Shown in pieces: positions 1 to 12,800 of a stretch of DNA of 64,000 nt. The notes under the pieces were generated by a model, which made no database searches, had not been told where the DNA came from, and worked only from the letters and a program-made list of their open reading frames with translations. Source of the DNA: Antedon mediterranea (taxonomy: Eukaryota > Animalia > Echinodermata); contig NC_092674.1 in the NCBI RefSeq assembly GCF_964355755.1, positions 27,280,001-27,344,000 on the forward strand, read 5' to 3'. A program made the translations under genes and the position numbers. Each line of letters opens with the position of its first letter. Position 1 is the first letter of the stretch.

Positions 1-262
1 CTAATCGTATGTTTTTAGACCTGGCAGACTTGAGAATTGATTGATATTATATTAATTGGTAGTCGTCAATGTCGGGAAAAAAAAACAAACATAAAAAAAC
101 ATTCTGTTATGATTCAGATCAGCATGTACTTAACAGTACTATATGTGAGAATATACATTGTAGTGTCAGAAGAAGTACAACCTACCATGGTGATTTAAAG
201 CTTCCACTTTTGTAAGATTTTACAAAATGCAATCAATAATTAATGTATTTATCTGTTCACAG

Positions 263-3200
263 TTTTGCATTATATATTTGGAGTGACCCATTTGACATGA
301 GCATATTTTATAAAGATAAGTTAAATTTGTCTAAATGGTGTTCATTGTGGCCAAATTTGGATGGAGCATTTTCCTCAGATGGTGAATTGAGGTGTCCATG
401 TAACCTACAGAGTGCTTTGGTTGATGGAGGGCGCTTTGAGCCAAGTCCACGATGTTCAAATACAGTTCAGGATTCATGTTCAGATGACAATGGTATTGTG
501 CACTGTGTTCGTAGCAGCAGTCCCAGGTAAGCTACTGTTAGTGCACCGGAAGCAGAAAAGCCGATTGCAGGTCTAGGTCTAGTGTCTTTAAAGACACTAG
601 ACCTGCAATTTTTGACGTTTTGTAAAAATAATGCATATATATAACTTTAAAAACATTAAACCATTTCTTGTCTGGTATTTAAGCTGAAAAGTTATGGTTA
701 TTTTATTTGTTTACCCTTTCACGCGATCGATCGAAGTGGGTGCATCACATCACAATATGAAAATATCAATCCGCTCGTGATGCATGTTGGGATTTATAGC
801 GGGCCGCTAAAAGTTATTAGAATCGACTTAATTTTCTTTTAACCGTTTAAAAGCGAAAAAAATTATCGCAATATGTCCATATGGTGTTTATTTTTACAAA
901 AAATGTAGTGTGTGTCCTTAAATTAAGTCAAAAAAACGTAGGTCTAGTGTCTTTAAGCATTTGGTATAAAAGAAAAAATCTGATTCTTTACTATTACCTG
1001 CAGTTCCAACGGAGAAGGTTTAGAGTGTTGTTACGACGTCAACGGAAACCTTGCCAATATAGCTGATAATTTGTATGCAGGTTACATTCATCGGTACCAC
1101 TATCTTGGTACAGAACCATTCGACCAAACAGGCACTGCTCCTTACTTCTCTCATTACACAAGTGATGTATTGCCATACATTAGGTGCTGCTCTACTAGGT
1201 CTGATTGTGATCGGTATTTCATACCATATCGACCATCGCAGGATTGTAATGGCTACCAGCCTCCTACTCCAGGTACATTTGTAGATATCTATGTATGTCA
1301 CCGCAAGCACACCTAAAAGCAACAAAAACATTATAATCATATCTCTTTTTGACATACAGTACTTTAAATATGAAATATGATACACACCATTGATTTGACA
1401 GTACTCTGCCTATTTTTATTTGTTGTGGTGGGTTGAGGGAGAGGGAACTTAATTGTTTTCACAAAGGTTCATTAAAAAGACATACAGTATTTTATAAACA
1501 GAATATTTTGTTTGACAGGAAGATTGAATGGTGATCCCCACATATTAACTCTGGATGGACTTGCGTACACATTTAATGGACATGGAGAGTACGTTCTGAT
1601 AGACGCACTCGGTGGATTGTTTGAAATGCAAGGACGTACCGAACCAATTAAAAATGGTTGGTAGGCCTACTGTAAATAGCACTATAGTGTAAGGAATTGA
1701 AAATTAGGTGAACAAATGAAAAGCATACATGGTTGTTACAGATATAATGCCAATTAAGGTACAAATGCGATGTCTGGGCTTGGTTTACATGGATGTCGGC
1801 AAATTCTCTTTTTTATTCATGTATAAAACAGAAGAAACACAGTGATAACCTATACTATAGAAGACCTAATATTTATAACAGTCATACATTATACCTGAAA
1901 TTATAAATGTATATTGTCTAGAATTTGTATTCTGAACAAATAAATTATTATTATTTATTAGGTACCACACCAATTAAGGCTACACGGTTTACTGCAATCG
2001 CAGCGAAATTTAACAATGATACGATGGTACACGTAGCATTGAATCAAGTACGTGGACTGGTTGCCTATACGACTGAAGACTATGTATGGTCACGTATAGA
2101 CTTTGACGATAATCCGATCTGGTCTGGCACAGGTAATAATACTTCATTTTTCATTTGATATGTGGCTCGTGTCAGTGACAGGTTGAATGTTAAAATCATT
2201 AAAAACCAATTGAAAATGTTCATTTATCCGATCTGGCACAGGTAATAATACTTCTGTAAATCAAGTATTTAAATTTATTACCCCACTTTCTGATTTTCTG
2301 ACAGCGGTTTTTTTTTTTAGCAGAACAAGCAAATTTTTAAAGTTGTGCTTGCCACAGGACTTTTTTTTTAAATTGTGGCATTTTGCAAAAATAGAAAAAC
2401 TAAACCTACCACTAGCCTTTTAAAAACCTTTTTTGCAGGACTTACCATCTTCTACACTAAGGCAACCAATGAGACCAGTGTATCTATAACCGTGGCGTTC
2501 GATTTTGGATTATCATTCGTTGTTGAAGCTAACAATGACCTGATGTCAATAATAGTCTACGGTCCTGAGATGTTGCATGGCAACACCAGCGGATTGCTTG
2601 GAAACTGGAACGATGATGTCACAGATGACCTTCGAACTCCCAATGGGGACATCATTCCCTCAAACTCAAGTCTTCAAGATATCCACTATGATTTTGGAGA
2701 GAAGTGTAACATAATTTATTTAGTTCAAACTTCACTGTATTACATGATCATCGCATTGTACAAAATATTATCAGTATAACGAAACAGTGGGTTAAAATAA
2801 TAGAAGTAAATTCAAAAACCCCACCCAATCAACATTATGCATCTTAACAATCCAGGGATCCAGAAAGGAAGTGGCCAGACAGAATTTCAAATATGCTGTA
2901 CAGTAAACCTTCATGGCAAGCAAGTGTTTTAATTTTGGATCATATCATGACTAATGTATGTTGATTTTATTTTAGGGCGAATAGACTCTGAGGATTCAAT
3001 CCTATATTATGTAGCTGGTACTGATTATAGTACATACTATAAACCTAATTTTGTGCCATGGTTTGAGGCACCAGACAATATTGACCAGGAGGAAGTGACA
3101 AGGGTTTGTGGAGACAACATTGAGTGTATCTTTGACTACCAAGTTACAGGGAATGTAGAGATTGCCAAAGTCACAAAAGATATTGTAGAATTTGTTGAGG

Positions 3201-5486
3201 AAATTAAGGAAGATGTTAAACCTGGTACGTTTTTTTTATCATCATCACATGCCACTAGAATAACCACTACCATTACCAATACTAAATTCACCACTACCAT
3301 AACCATGAATACACCACTACCATCACCATGATGACCACTAACATCACCATGATGACCACTACGATCCCCATGATGACCCCTACCATCACCATGAATACCC
3401 ATTACCATCATTAACACTACCAAATCCACCACTACCATCCCCATGATGACCCCTACCATCACCATTATGACCACTTATACCATCACCATGATGACCACTA
3501 ACATCACCATTATGACCACTGCCATCACCATGAATATCCATTACTATCATTAAAACTACCAAATCCACCACTACCATCACTATGATGACCACTACTACCA
3601 TCACTATGATGACCACTACCATGATCCCCATGATGACCCCTGCCATCACCATGAATACCCATTACCATCATTAACACTACCAAATCCACCACTACCATCC
3701 CCATGATGACCCCTACCATCACCATTATGACCACTTATACCATCACCATTATGGCCACTACCATCACCATTATGACCACTACCATCACCATGATGACCAC
3801 TACCCTCACCATGATGACCACTACTACATCATTAATACCAATTACCATTTCTAATATCTATCTACATCACATTCCACTTCTAACCGTCCTAATAATTTTC
3901 TTTTACAGTTGTGGTTTGTGGTTTCATATCTACTCCGCAAAACGGCTTCAAGAATGGTACAACGTACACAGAAGGCAGCATTTTAATATTTAGTTGTGAA
4001 ACTGGTTTTAATTTGACTGGTGAATCTAGAATCATTTGTACACCAAAAGGAGTTTGGTCAGATCTTACACCTGTCTGTGTTGGTAATTATTAAGTTAATC
4101 TGTATAATATCACAATCACAATTTATCCGATATCATTTTCCATTATTTTTTATTCTCTTTCTCTAGCAAGGAGTACAGATAGTAATTCACTCCATGCTGC
4201 TATATCAGTTCTTCTTATCTGTTTCGCCAATTAGATTCTTTCTTTTTTCAGTATCTATCTGTTCTTTAGGTTTTGTCTGTACACTGCATTTTTACTATAT
4301 TTACCACATTAGATGCCAAACCAAATTTAAATTTAATTCAACAATCAATTCTAAAATTTTTTTATTTGCAGACCTATGTGAAAATGTAGAAGCCCCCGAA
4401 AATGGAGGTAAACAACGTAACGGGCAAACTATACACTTTATATGCGAAGACGGTTATACATTAAATGGAGTGTCTTCTATTACATGTGTGGGAGGGACGT
4501 TGTCTGATAGTGTGCCCTCTTGTGATGAAGGTAACAAAGTCAATATATACATTTCTTTATTCATTTTTTTATTCATTAATATATTATTACTACTACTATT
4601 GCACATAAAACCATCCTAGGAAAGTTAAGTTAGTTGCGGTTAAATGTCATATGAAATTACACAAAATCAATAATCAGTTTTGAACAATTGTTGGTGCATA
4701 TTGTAATTCCTAAGGTTGTATAAACATATTCAATTTTTATTTCACTTTTCTTTTAGATACGGCCATTCAGTTGTATGCTATAATTGGTTTAGGCCTCATT
4801 CTAGCTATAGCTATTGGTGTTTTATACTGGTTCTTCTGTCGTAAAAAGTATGTATCTGTTAAAAAATCATCTTTATTAAACAATTTCACTAAATAATTGA
4901 AATTTGTACCGCTTTTGTTTAATTACATATTTCTGTTAAATAATACTCCAATGACATCTTACCGTAAAAAAACAGCAAACAAAAAATGTTCTTCATTTAA
5001 TTTTGATGTTGTGCTTTCCATCCATTCTTACACATATAGTCCATATAGGAGTAAAGGCGATGGTCATTGTGCTGTCAGCTGAAAATTAATTAATTCTTAA
5101 TATTTTTTTTATTTGAAGTTTTTATTTCATAATCTAATCTATATTTCAGTAATAAAATACATTCTCATACAGAAGAAGATGGCAAGTAAGTACCAAAGTC
5201 TTTATATTTCCCTTGTCACAAAAAAATAGTCAGACCTTGATACACAGAAAACATATGTTTAGCTGACATAACAGTAAATAAAAAGAAAAGTGGGTCTTTT
5301 CTGTGTTCACGTTGTCTTTCCGCAACTTAAGCAGCTACAGTAGTTACAACAAAAACGTTAAAAGGATCATCACTACAATAATTATTTAAAAAAACATAAT
5401 CTACACAATGTATATTATTTTCATCAATTTAAAATTTTCTTTCTTGTTTCTTTAGTCAAATGTCAGGAATTACAAATTCAGAATGA
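263..5486 (+). CDS. SUSD2/MUC4-like type I membrane protein (AMOP, VWD, two sushi/CCP domains, TM, short tail); 5' part lies outside the window
   Basis: GT-AG exons at about 263-526, 1004-1272, 1519-1656, 1962-2132, 2439-2705, 2976-3224, 3909-4082, 4372-4530, 4757-4847, 5150-5185 and 5456-5486 join in frame. Motifs: AMOP-like CPCNLQSALVD..HCVRS; VWD GDPHILTLDGLAYTFNGHGEY and TSGLLGNWNDDVTDDL; sushi CGFISTPQNG..CETGFNLTG..C..W; TM IIGLGLILAIAIGVLYWFF; stop TGA at 5484-5486. Confidence 0.85.
592..952. mobile_element. Non-autonomous DNA transposon with TTAA target duplication (Kolobok-like MITE)
   Basis: TTAA|AGACACTAGACCT ... AGGTCTAGTGTCT|TTAA. The internal sequence matches the reverse complement of the element at 39117-39742. 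Confidence 0.75.
3240..3850. repeat. Intronic compound (ACC/ATC/ATG) microsatellite with higher-order repeat units
   Basis: Recurrent CCATCACCATGATGACCACTA and CACCATGAATACCCATTACCATCATTAACACTACCAAATCC units inside the intron between exons 2976-3224 and 3909-4082. Confidence 0.9.
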
Positions 5487-8400
5487 CAGCAAAATGGTTA
5501 AAAGTATGATTTGTTCCATTACACAGCCGCAATGTAAACACACCTGGAATTTTTGTAGTATCATTCAATACAGCAAATCTATAATATAATAGCACTAAGC
5601 CAAAATTTGTTCCTCTATCTTCTCATAAACCGCAAGTCCGATATTAACGGCGTTCGAGCTGGGGCACCTTTTAATACCCCTTTATGCATTATTCTATCAA
5701 TATTAGAACGAAAAATTTGTATGAAAAATGCGTTTTTTAGGCAAATTTCTTTGCAACTGCCGAACGTTATCGGTAATCATCTACGTCACAATTAGATCAC
5801 TCGGGTTATTAGTGATAACGAGACAGCAGCACATAAAGTGGAAACATGACACCGATTTGGTAGAGGAGATAATGCATGTTGATTTCGGGAGTGGGGGTGG
5901 ATTGAGTGTTTTTGAATTTATAAAATAAAGTTAGAGTTCAACCAAATTTGTTAATTCTTACTGTTTTATTATTTTGCTACGAGTTGCTGACCGGAAATGT
6001 TGGGGGTGGGTTACTATTTTTAGGTGCCTAATTTAATATTAGTATTATAGTAACCCACTACTCTAATAGTAACCCACCCTAAAAAACAATCAAAGAATAA
6101 TAACCCTGGGTTACAATTTGAAGATTTATGGTAAAGCATATTTCCCCAGTCTTTCACTGTCGACAGAGAGCAGACTGCTAAATAGATAGTTCTAAAAATG
6201 GGAAGCGTGATTTGTTCAATGAATGAATAACACCAACACCAAAGAATGTAAATTATATTTTAAACACGTCGGAATTGTTAAAAGAAACACATTGATCTTT
6301 TGTGTTTTATTTTGTTTAGTAAATCTTCCAAGATATGAGGGTGCTAAAATAATGAAAATCTTTAACCATGGAGGTACCTCCATGCATGATTAACTAAATG
6401 ATTTTGCTTCATTGTAAATAAAGTTTTGAACGTCGACTTTTATGCTTCTAAATAAGTCTAGAATTTTGAAACGGCTCTAAACGTACTAATTAAAATGCCA
6501 GAAAAATCTGAGTAAAATGGCCTGGGGGGTGGGGTTCACTCTTAAATATTTCCATACGGGGAGGTGCCACATTTACGGGGTATATTTTCGTGGGCCTGGT
6601 AGCAAGTGAGAAAATATGGAGAGGTCCAGCATTTATGGGTTATATTTCCGAGGATTTGGTAGCACAGTGTGGGAAATGATGGGGTGAAATTAGTAGTAAA
6701 GTCTGTGGCCTGTCCCGTGTCAAATGCCACGATTTATTGAACAATTTTAGCAGGGATTTCAGCTATACTGGATGCTAAGACCATTCCTAAAGGATCCTAC
6801 CTTTGAATCAATGAAATCTATAGCCACCAATGTTATTGCAAGCCCCGTTACAAACAGTTCTCCTTTGCCGGGAACAAGTCAGAGCCATACAGTATATATA
6901 AAGAGTTCACGGACTTCAGAAAGTCACGTGGGGTGCACACCGGCCATGTTTGTGTCCAACTATGCCTATGTAGAGTATGGAGTCGAGTCATTTGCTTAAA
7001 AAATGTATAACATTCACAACACTTTAAATATCGAATTTAATATCAAAACAATCAATTTGTTTAAGGTTTTTGTTAAGATAATAATGAAATCATAAAGTTA
7101 TTGCAAACATGATTTTTAACAACAAAATGTAAAAACAATGCATTAACTATAGAGAATCGCTGTACAAACTAAACGCGCATCATCAATCTCTTGATGAAGA
7201 AGCTTCAAAAGGTCTTTTTATATTCACCTTCACCATGTTTTTTTTATGCTTTATCTTTTACACGAGAAATCACAATATGTTGTCCACTAAACCTCACAAA
7301 CTAACACAGGACTTGTTTCAGATTCTCAACACACGTCCAGCCAGTAATGAAAACATACATGTGTAACAAATGACATCTGGACAAAAGCCTATCAAACTTT
7401 AAAAAAACAATTTTACATATAGAGGGCAGAATAACAAAAAGTGTTTAGGTTAAGTAGTCAAACTCAATCATACACAGTCAGAATATTAAGTAATGCTTGT
7501 GCTTAGGTATAAACTTTTAAATTACATAAAGAGATAGATACTCGCACAGTAGTTTTTTTTTCATTTGCCTCATCAAATAAATCATAACCAATGGTTTCTT
7601 CAGTAAAGTGATAGTGATACCGTATATTATTATACACAGCAACGTAGGTACGTTGAGTCCTATGTAGGTGTCTTACCACCAGCAGCCACACATCTGAGTA
7701 GACTACTCGTACTCTTCTGTGTATAATAATTATTAATATACTACATCTCGGCTACCACTACCAGGGGACAAGAGACCAGTCCGTCTCGCCTAAAGGTAAG
7801 CTAGTACGCCTTGTGTAGCAATCTTTATTTTAGTACTAGCTAGGCTAGTTAGGCCTATACTACTAGGCCTAGGCATGGAAGTATAAAATATTTTATACCT
7901 CCATGGCCTACTAGGCCTAGGTGGGCCTAGCCTCTAGGCCTTGCCTCCTATCCTAGCCTACTACACTAGAGAGTAGGGTTGAGCTTGACCCTTGTGGCTC
8001 GTAATAATAGTATTACTATTAGGCTAGTAGCAATGAAATGAGGGTTAAACTATATAATAGCCTAGCCTAGGGCCTAGGCCTATAAACTATAGCCTAGTCA
8101 ATCGCAGTGTGTCCTACCTGTTGTTCCACTAATATTACTGGCTTACATACCGCTCAGTCTAGGCCGGGAAACTTAACACCAGGGAACATGCGTAGTAGTA
8201 GTCGCAATTTACGTCCGTTCCGTCTCGTCTCTAATTCTTCTCTTCGTCTTCGTTCAAAGAGCCCGCTCTAACGGCGGCACGGCACCGGCGGTCAGAACGC
8301 ACGTGACACACCTTGGGTCGACCCATTATTATTAAAGGGTTTTCACACTACACACCTAGGCTAGGGCTATATAGGCCTAGCCTAGTTTTGTCTGAATAAC

Positions 8401-9069
8401 TTATATAGTAAAGTGTTTCCTTAGGCCTCTTCCATTCTTTTCCATAGCAGGTCACCTTACCAATAGGCATGATGGATGTTGTCGGTAGGTAGAAAATTAA
8501 GGCAACTTTAAAGGCAAATTATGATACTGAAGGCACTGAATGAAAGCAATCAAAACTAGCCTAAATCAAAACGTCAAATGTTACCAAACATGAACTCCTT
8601 TTTTTAGGCCATGGGAAAACTTATGAAAACTAATTTAATTGCCCACAAACGTTAGTTTATTTTTTTAAAATTTATATTAAATAAAGCTTTAAATAAGATA
8701 TAATATATTGGAATGGATTTGCAAAGTCGGGTTAGGCCTACTTTTAATTTAAAGTTTCAATTTGAATTATTATATTTTTAATTAAAGCGGCTGTATAATC
8801 AAAGTCTATGATAAACAATAGAGACCATGTGGGCCGCGTGGTAGGGCCGCGCCGATGGTTCAAAACGTCAAATATAATAATTAAAGAGCGCCAAACATGA
8901 ACCATGGACGTATTTTTATACCTTCAGCAGCATGAACTCCTTTTTTAGGCCATGGGAAAACAAATTAATTGTCATAATTATTAGTAATTACAGTTTTTCC
9001 GTTGATTATTTATTTATTTGGAGTATTTTGAGCATTATTAGAAAATAATCAAAACTGATGTGGACCGTG

Positions 9070-9750
9070 AATTTAGACCATGCAGTGAGAAGACCGCGCG
9101 CAAAGCCAAGGAAGACCCTACGAAAGGGGAATAGTGTGTGCACAAAATACAACTAAAAATCGTTTAAATTAAAAAACACCGAACATCTAGTAACAAAATC
9201 TATAAACACAGCATGATTTTAACTATAACGCGTTTTCGTCACTGAATTTGTCGTATTATGTTTTACTATTAAGGATAAAACTGTTATTTTATAACTCGAC
9301 TACTACACTGATTAAGTTCATCCAGCCAGAGCCATATATATATGGCTCTGAGTCGGCTCTGAGTTCATCTTTTTCAAAACGCCCTCTGTTGACTGAGGCG
9401 CGTGGGACTATTCCATTTTATATCCAAATCAATCGTCGACTTAAAATAAACGTTTCACTCGAAAATTACAGTCTTGCAGTAACGGTAAATTAATTTTTAG
9501 TGAATTTTATTCGTTAATTTTATCTGACTAAGCATTCTAAAGAGCTACCTTCACCAGGTCCTCCAGCAGATCTACAAGGTGCAACTTTTAATGAATTTAA
9601 TAGCATTCGGAAACAAATCAGTTATTCCGTGGACCAAGATATTCATTATTTCTAGACTATCTAGAAAAAAACATATCATGAAAATCTTTCGAAGATATTG
9701 TACACAAACAAACAGACAAACAGGAAACGTGAATCAACAAATAAATGCTT
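9070..9750. mobile_element. Probable non-autonomous Helentron/DINE-like element
   Basis: ACAAACAAACAGACAAAC microsatellite preceded by TTTCGAAGATATTG, a short GC stem-loop near 9117-9130 and a 22-bp palindrome at 9327-9348. The family assignment is by resemblance only. Confidence 0.35.
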
Positions 9751-9851
9751 TATACACAAATTAATAATCTTATCGAATATGTTTTACTAAATTGTCAGCG
9801 AGAAAAGTTTAATAATCACACTTGTATCATGAATTGAATTGAGACTCCTCC

Positions 9852-12800
9852 TTATCGTTTGATAGCAACAATTTGGTATGGCTTAGGAGAGCGTGTGAGA
9901 CCAGGAATACAATCGTTTACGGACGGTATAGGCTGCCCATCAGGTATCTTAAAGGTAAACCGCTGCACGAGGTTTGCCATGAAAAGAAATAGTTCCATTC
10001 TTGCCATAAGCTCGCCAGCACAAATCCTTCTTCCTGAAAGTTAAATGCATATAGTGTTTTAGAATACAATTAAATGACCACTACAAAGTGTCCCTTCCTT
10101 AGAAAGTGTAGGCCTACCTCTGAGGATGTCCCTTCCTTAGAAAGTGTAGGCCTACCTCTGAGGATGTCCCTTCCCTAGAAAGTGTAGGCCTACCTCTGAG
10201 GATGTCCCTTCCTTAGAAAGTGTAGTAGGCCTACCTCTGAGGATGGGGCGTAGTTCCCTCGTTTGTAGTGTCATCTTAGTGTACTAATGGGGATTCCACT
10301 GATAGTACTACCATCATAGAGTACCGTATACAATCGTAAAGTTTGGCTCACACAAGGATCGACGCAACGCAAGGAAGTACGCGCAAACAATCACAAGCGA
10401 TGGATTACCGAACTGTCTAGTGGAAACCAAGCTATATTAGTATATAATAGCACATAATTGGTATGTATACCTGCGCCATACGGCATGAACGCCTCTTTTC
10501 TCTTTATGCTACTTAGATCGTCTGACAAAAACCGTTCAGGTCTAAATTCTGATGGTTCTTCCCAGTTGTCAGGGTTACGGTGGACGCTCCACACGCTCGT
10601 TATTATGGAAGTTCCTGCGGGAATTGTGTAACCGTTCAATTTCACATCTTCTGCGCATAATCTTCCAAACAGTGGACCAGCGTTACTTAGACGTTGTACC
10701 TCAAATATTGTTGCCTCTAGATAAGGCAACGAATGCCGACTGTTCCATGTTGGCTTCTTTTCCTGACCCAACACCTCGTCTATCTCTTGCTGCACCTATG
10801 TCAAATCAAAATCAAATCAAATCTTTATTTGTTAATGTTCCATATATAAAATGTGTACATGGAAAAATTGTTTTCCTTGACAGAAAATGGTAAAACATTC
10901 ACAATTACATCATACATAGATAACAAATTACAATTAAAACATTCATTAAAACATACATAAATCCCACATAAAAATACTATGTTATATTTAGGATAAAAAT
11001 GATATTCCCATTTAAAAAATGATAAAACTTTAAAAATATATAGTATATATTGCATGTGCGCTATATTTTATGATAACAATCTTTGACTTAAAAATATGCA
11101 TGGAATTTGGTACAAATGACAGTCGGTGTATAAAAGCCATTGTGAGTAAATCAGTCGTTGTGTTTGTAATCTTCTATATATAAATTTACGTAAGGACAAA
11201 ATTCGGTAAGTCGCGCGTTACCTCTAGAATGTTTACTCGATGGTATATAAAGTTGGTTCGTACTTTCGGTACTGATTTTAACCACCTGATGTAACCCTGT
11301 TTACTAATTAAATTGAGTCAGATAATTAGTTATTGACAATTAAAACGAATTTAGGTTCAATGATTTGCCCCAAATAGGGGTGTTTTCCGATCGTGGTATA
11401 CACTGTCTAATGTCCATCGTGAAAAATACCCGCATACAATAATACGAGGATGCTTCGCATTTTCCTATCTCCTCCTACGATAACTGTTTTTAATGGCTGA
11501 AAATCGGTTGAACAGCTCGAGCACAGCATCATAATGTTGAAGACAGGCCGATTTTCTTTAAAAAATACTGTTTTGATAGATTTAATATACGTTTATAAAA
11601 ATGTATTGATTTGCAATGAATGGAACATTCCAAATTATTGCATACCTCCATGGTTTAACACAAGTAGGTAAATTGATAGACCCTTGGAGAATAAACAGAA
11701 ATAGTATTGTAATGCTATACAATACTGCAAATAGGTATTAACCACTTTTGATCGCCATTTGAATCAAGAGTGTGTTGGTACTGTTAGATATAATATAAAC
11801 AAATATACTAATAAACGTTATCACTGTGAGTGTGGGTAGCCCCTACTTTTAGATTATAAACACATAATAATATATACTTTATTACTGTCAGTTGTTTTTC
11901 AACGTTTGTATTAATTAATAATTACAAAAATATAAACGTATTAGTGGTCTTTAAATGTACTTTACTATTTCAATCGGCCATGAGAAAGTGACAGTTTTAA
12001 TAAAGTACGGTATTAAATCGGAAATGTTTTACTCTATTTAGTGGTATATTATTTATAGGCCTATATAAAAAAATATTTCGTTACTGGATAATAAAGAAAT
12101 ATAATGAATAATTTAACAAAATTGGGTTTGTTTAAATGAATCCAAATAACAAATTTCGACTCATTTTGTGACAAGTTTCTAGGTGCTAATTTTGGTTGAC
12201 TACATAAATCGTTGTGTCTATTTATTTGTTTCTGTAAACGACAATGTTTTATAGTCCTCTGCCGTACGTACATTTGAAATCGGCAGTTTTTTTACGCTGA
12301 AATTACTATGTATTCGAGAACCACCTGTGAGCACGAACTAGATGGTACGCTCGCGTACCATCTATTATCAAAATTATTGATAAATGACGTCAAATATTGA
12401 TTGTATAACTGTACACCAGAAATCGGTATATGGTACGGTTCTATATTTAACGGAACTTGCGGTTCCAGTCTAATACACAACAGTACAAAAATGTTATTAA
12501 TTAGTAAATCTACCAGGAATTATTGAAAAAAAGTTCTGTCTGTTTCAGGAGATAATAACCAGTGGTGTTTCACTGTAGTTACTAATACTTTAGTGGATTA
12601 AAAGATTAAATTAAGTGCCTCTAATACCTTGGTCTGAACTTCAGGAAAATTCACCAAGTAGATTATAATCCACATGATAGTACAAGCAGTAGTTTCAGTT
12701 CCAGCTACGAACAGATCAATAACGGACCGCCATAACAAGTCCATTCGAAAAACATCCATGTCTACCTCTTGCTTGTTGGCTTCAACGATATACGCGTCAA

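Noticed and set aside
3136-3993. Thr/Met-rich and His/Gly-rich ORFs suggesting a mucin exon or metal-binding protein
   Set aside because: They come from an intronic compound microsatellite with frequent stops and frameshifts, and the flanking exons splice in frame without it.
6520-6999. ORFs 6542-6730 and 6772-6999 as a small gene
   Set aside because: No recognisable protein motifs or splice structure. 6520-6660 looks like a G-rich transposon end with an internal duplication.
7478-7575. C/D box snoRNA candidate on the minus strand (TGATGA ... CTGA, about 98 nt)
   Set aside because: No convincing terminal stem or rRNA antisense element could be identified by eye, and such boxes occur by chance in AT-rich DNA.
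10086-10244. Possible CRISPR-like arrays (also 16769-16919 and 35455-35752)
   Set aside because: Head-to-tail tandem repeats with no unique spacers, in a eukaryotic intron/exon context with no cas genes.
6367-11652. A single 5.3-kb element bounded by CATGGAGGTA (6367) and TACCTCCATG (11652) that captured CYP exons 3-4
   Set aside because: The left motif is already a self-contained palindrome, the flanks match only 6 of 7, and the CYP gene reads intact across the boundary. Independent footprints are the simpler explanation.
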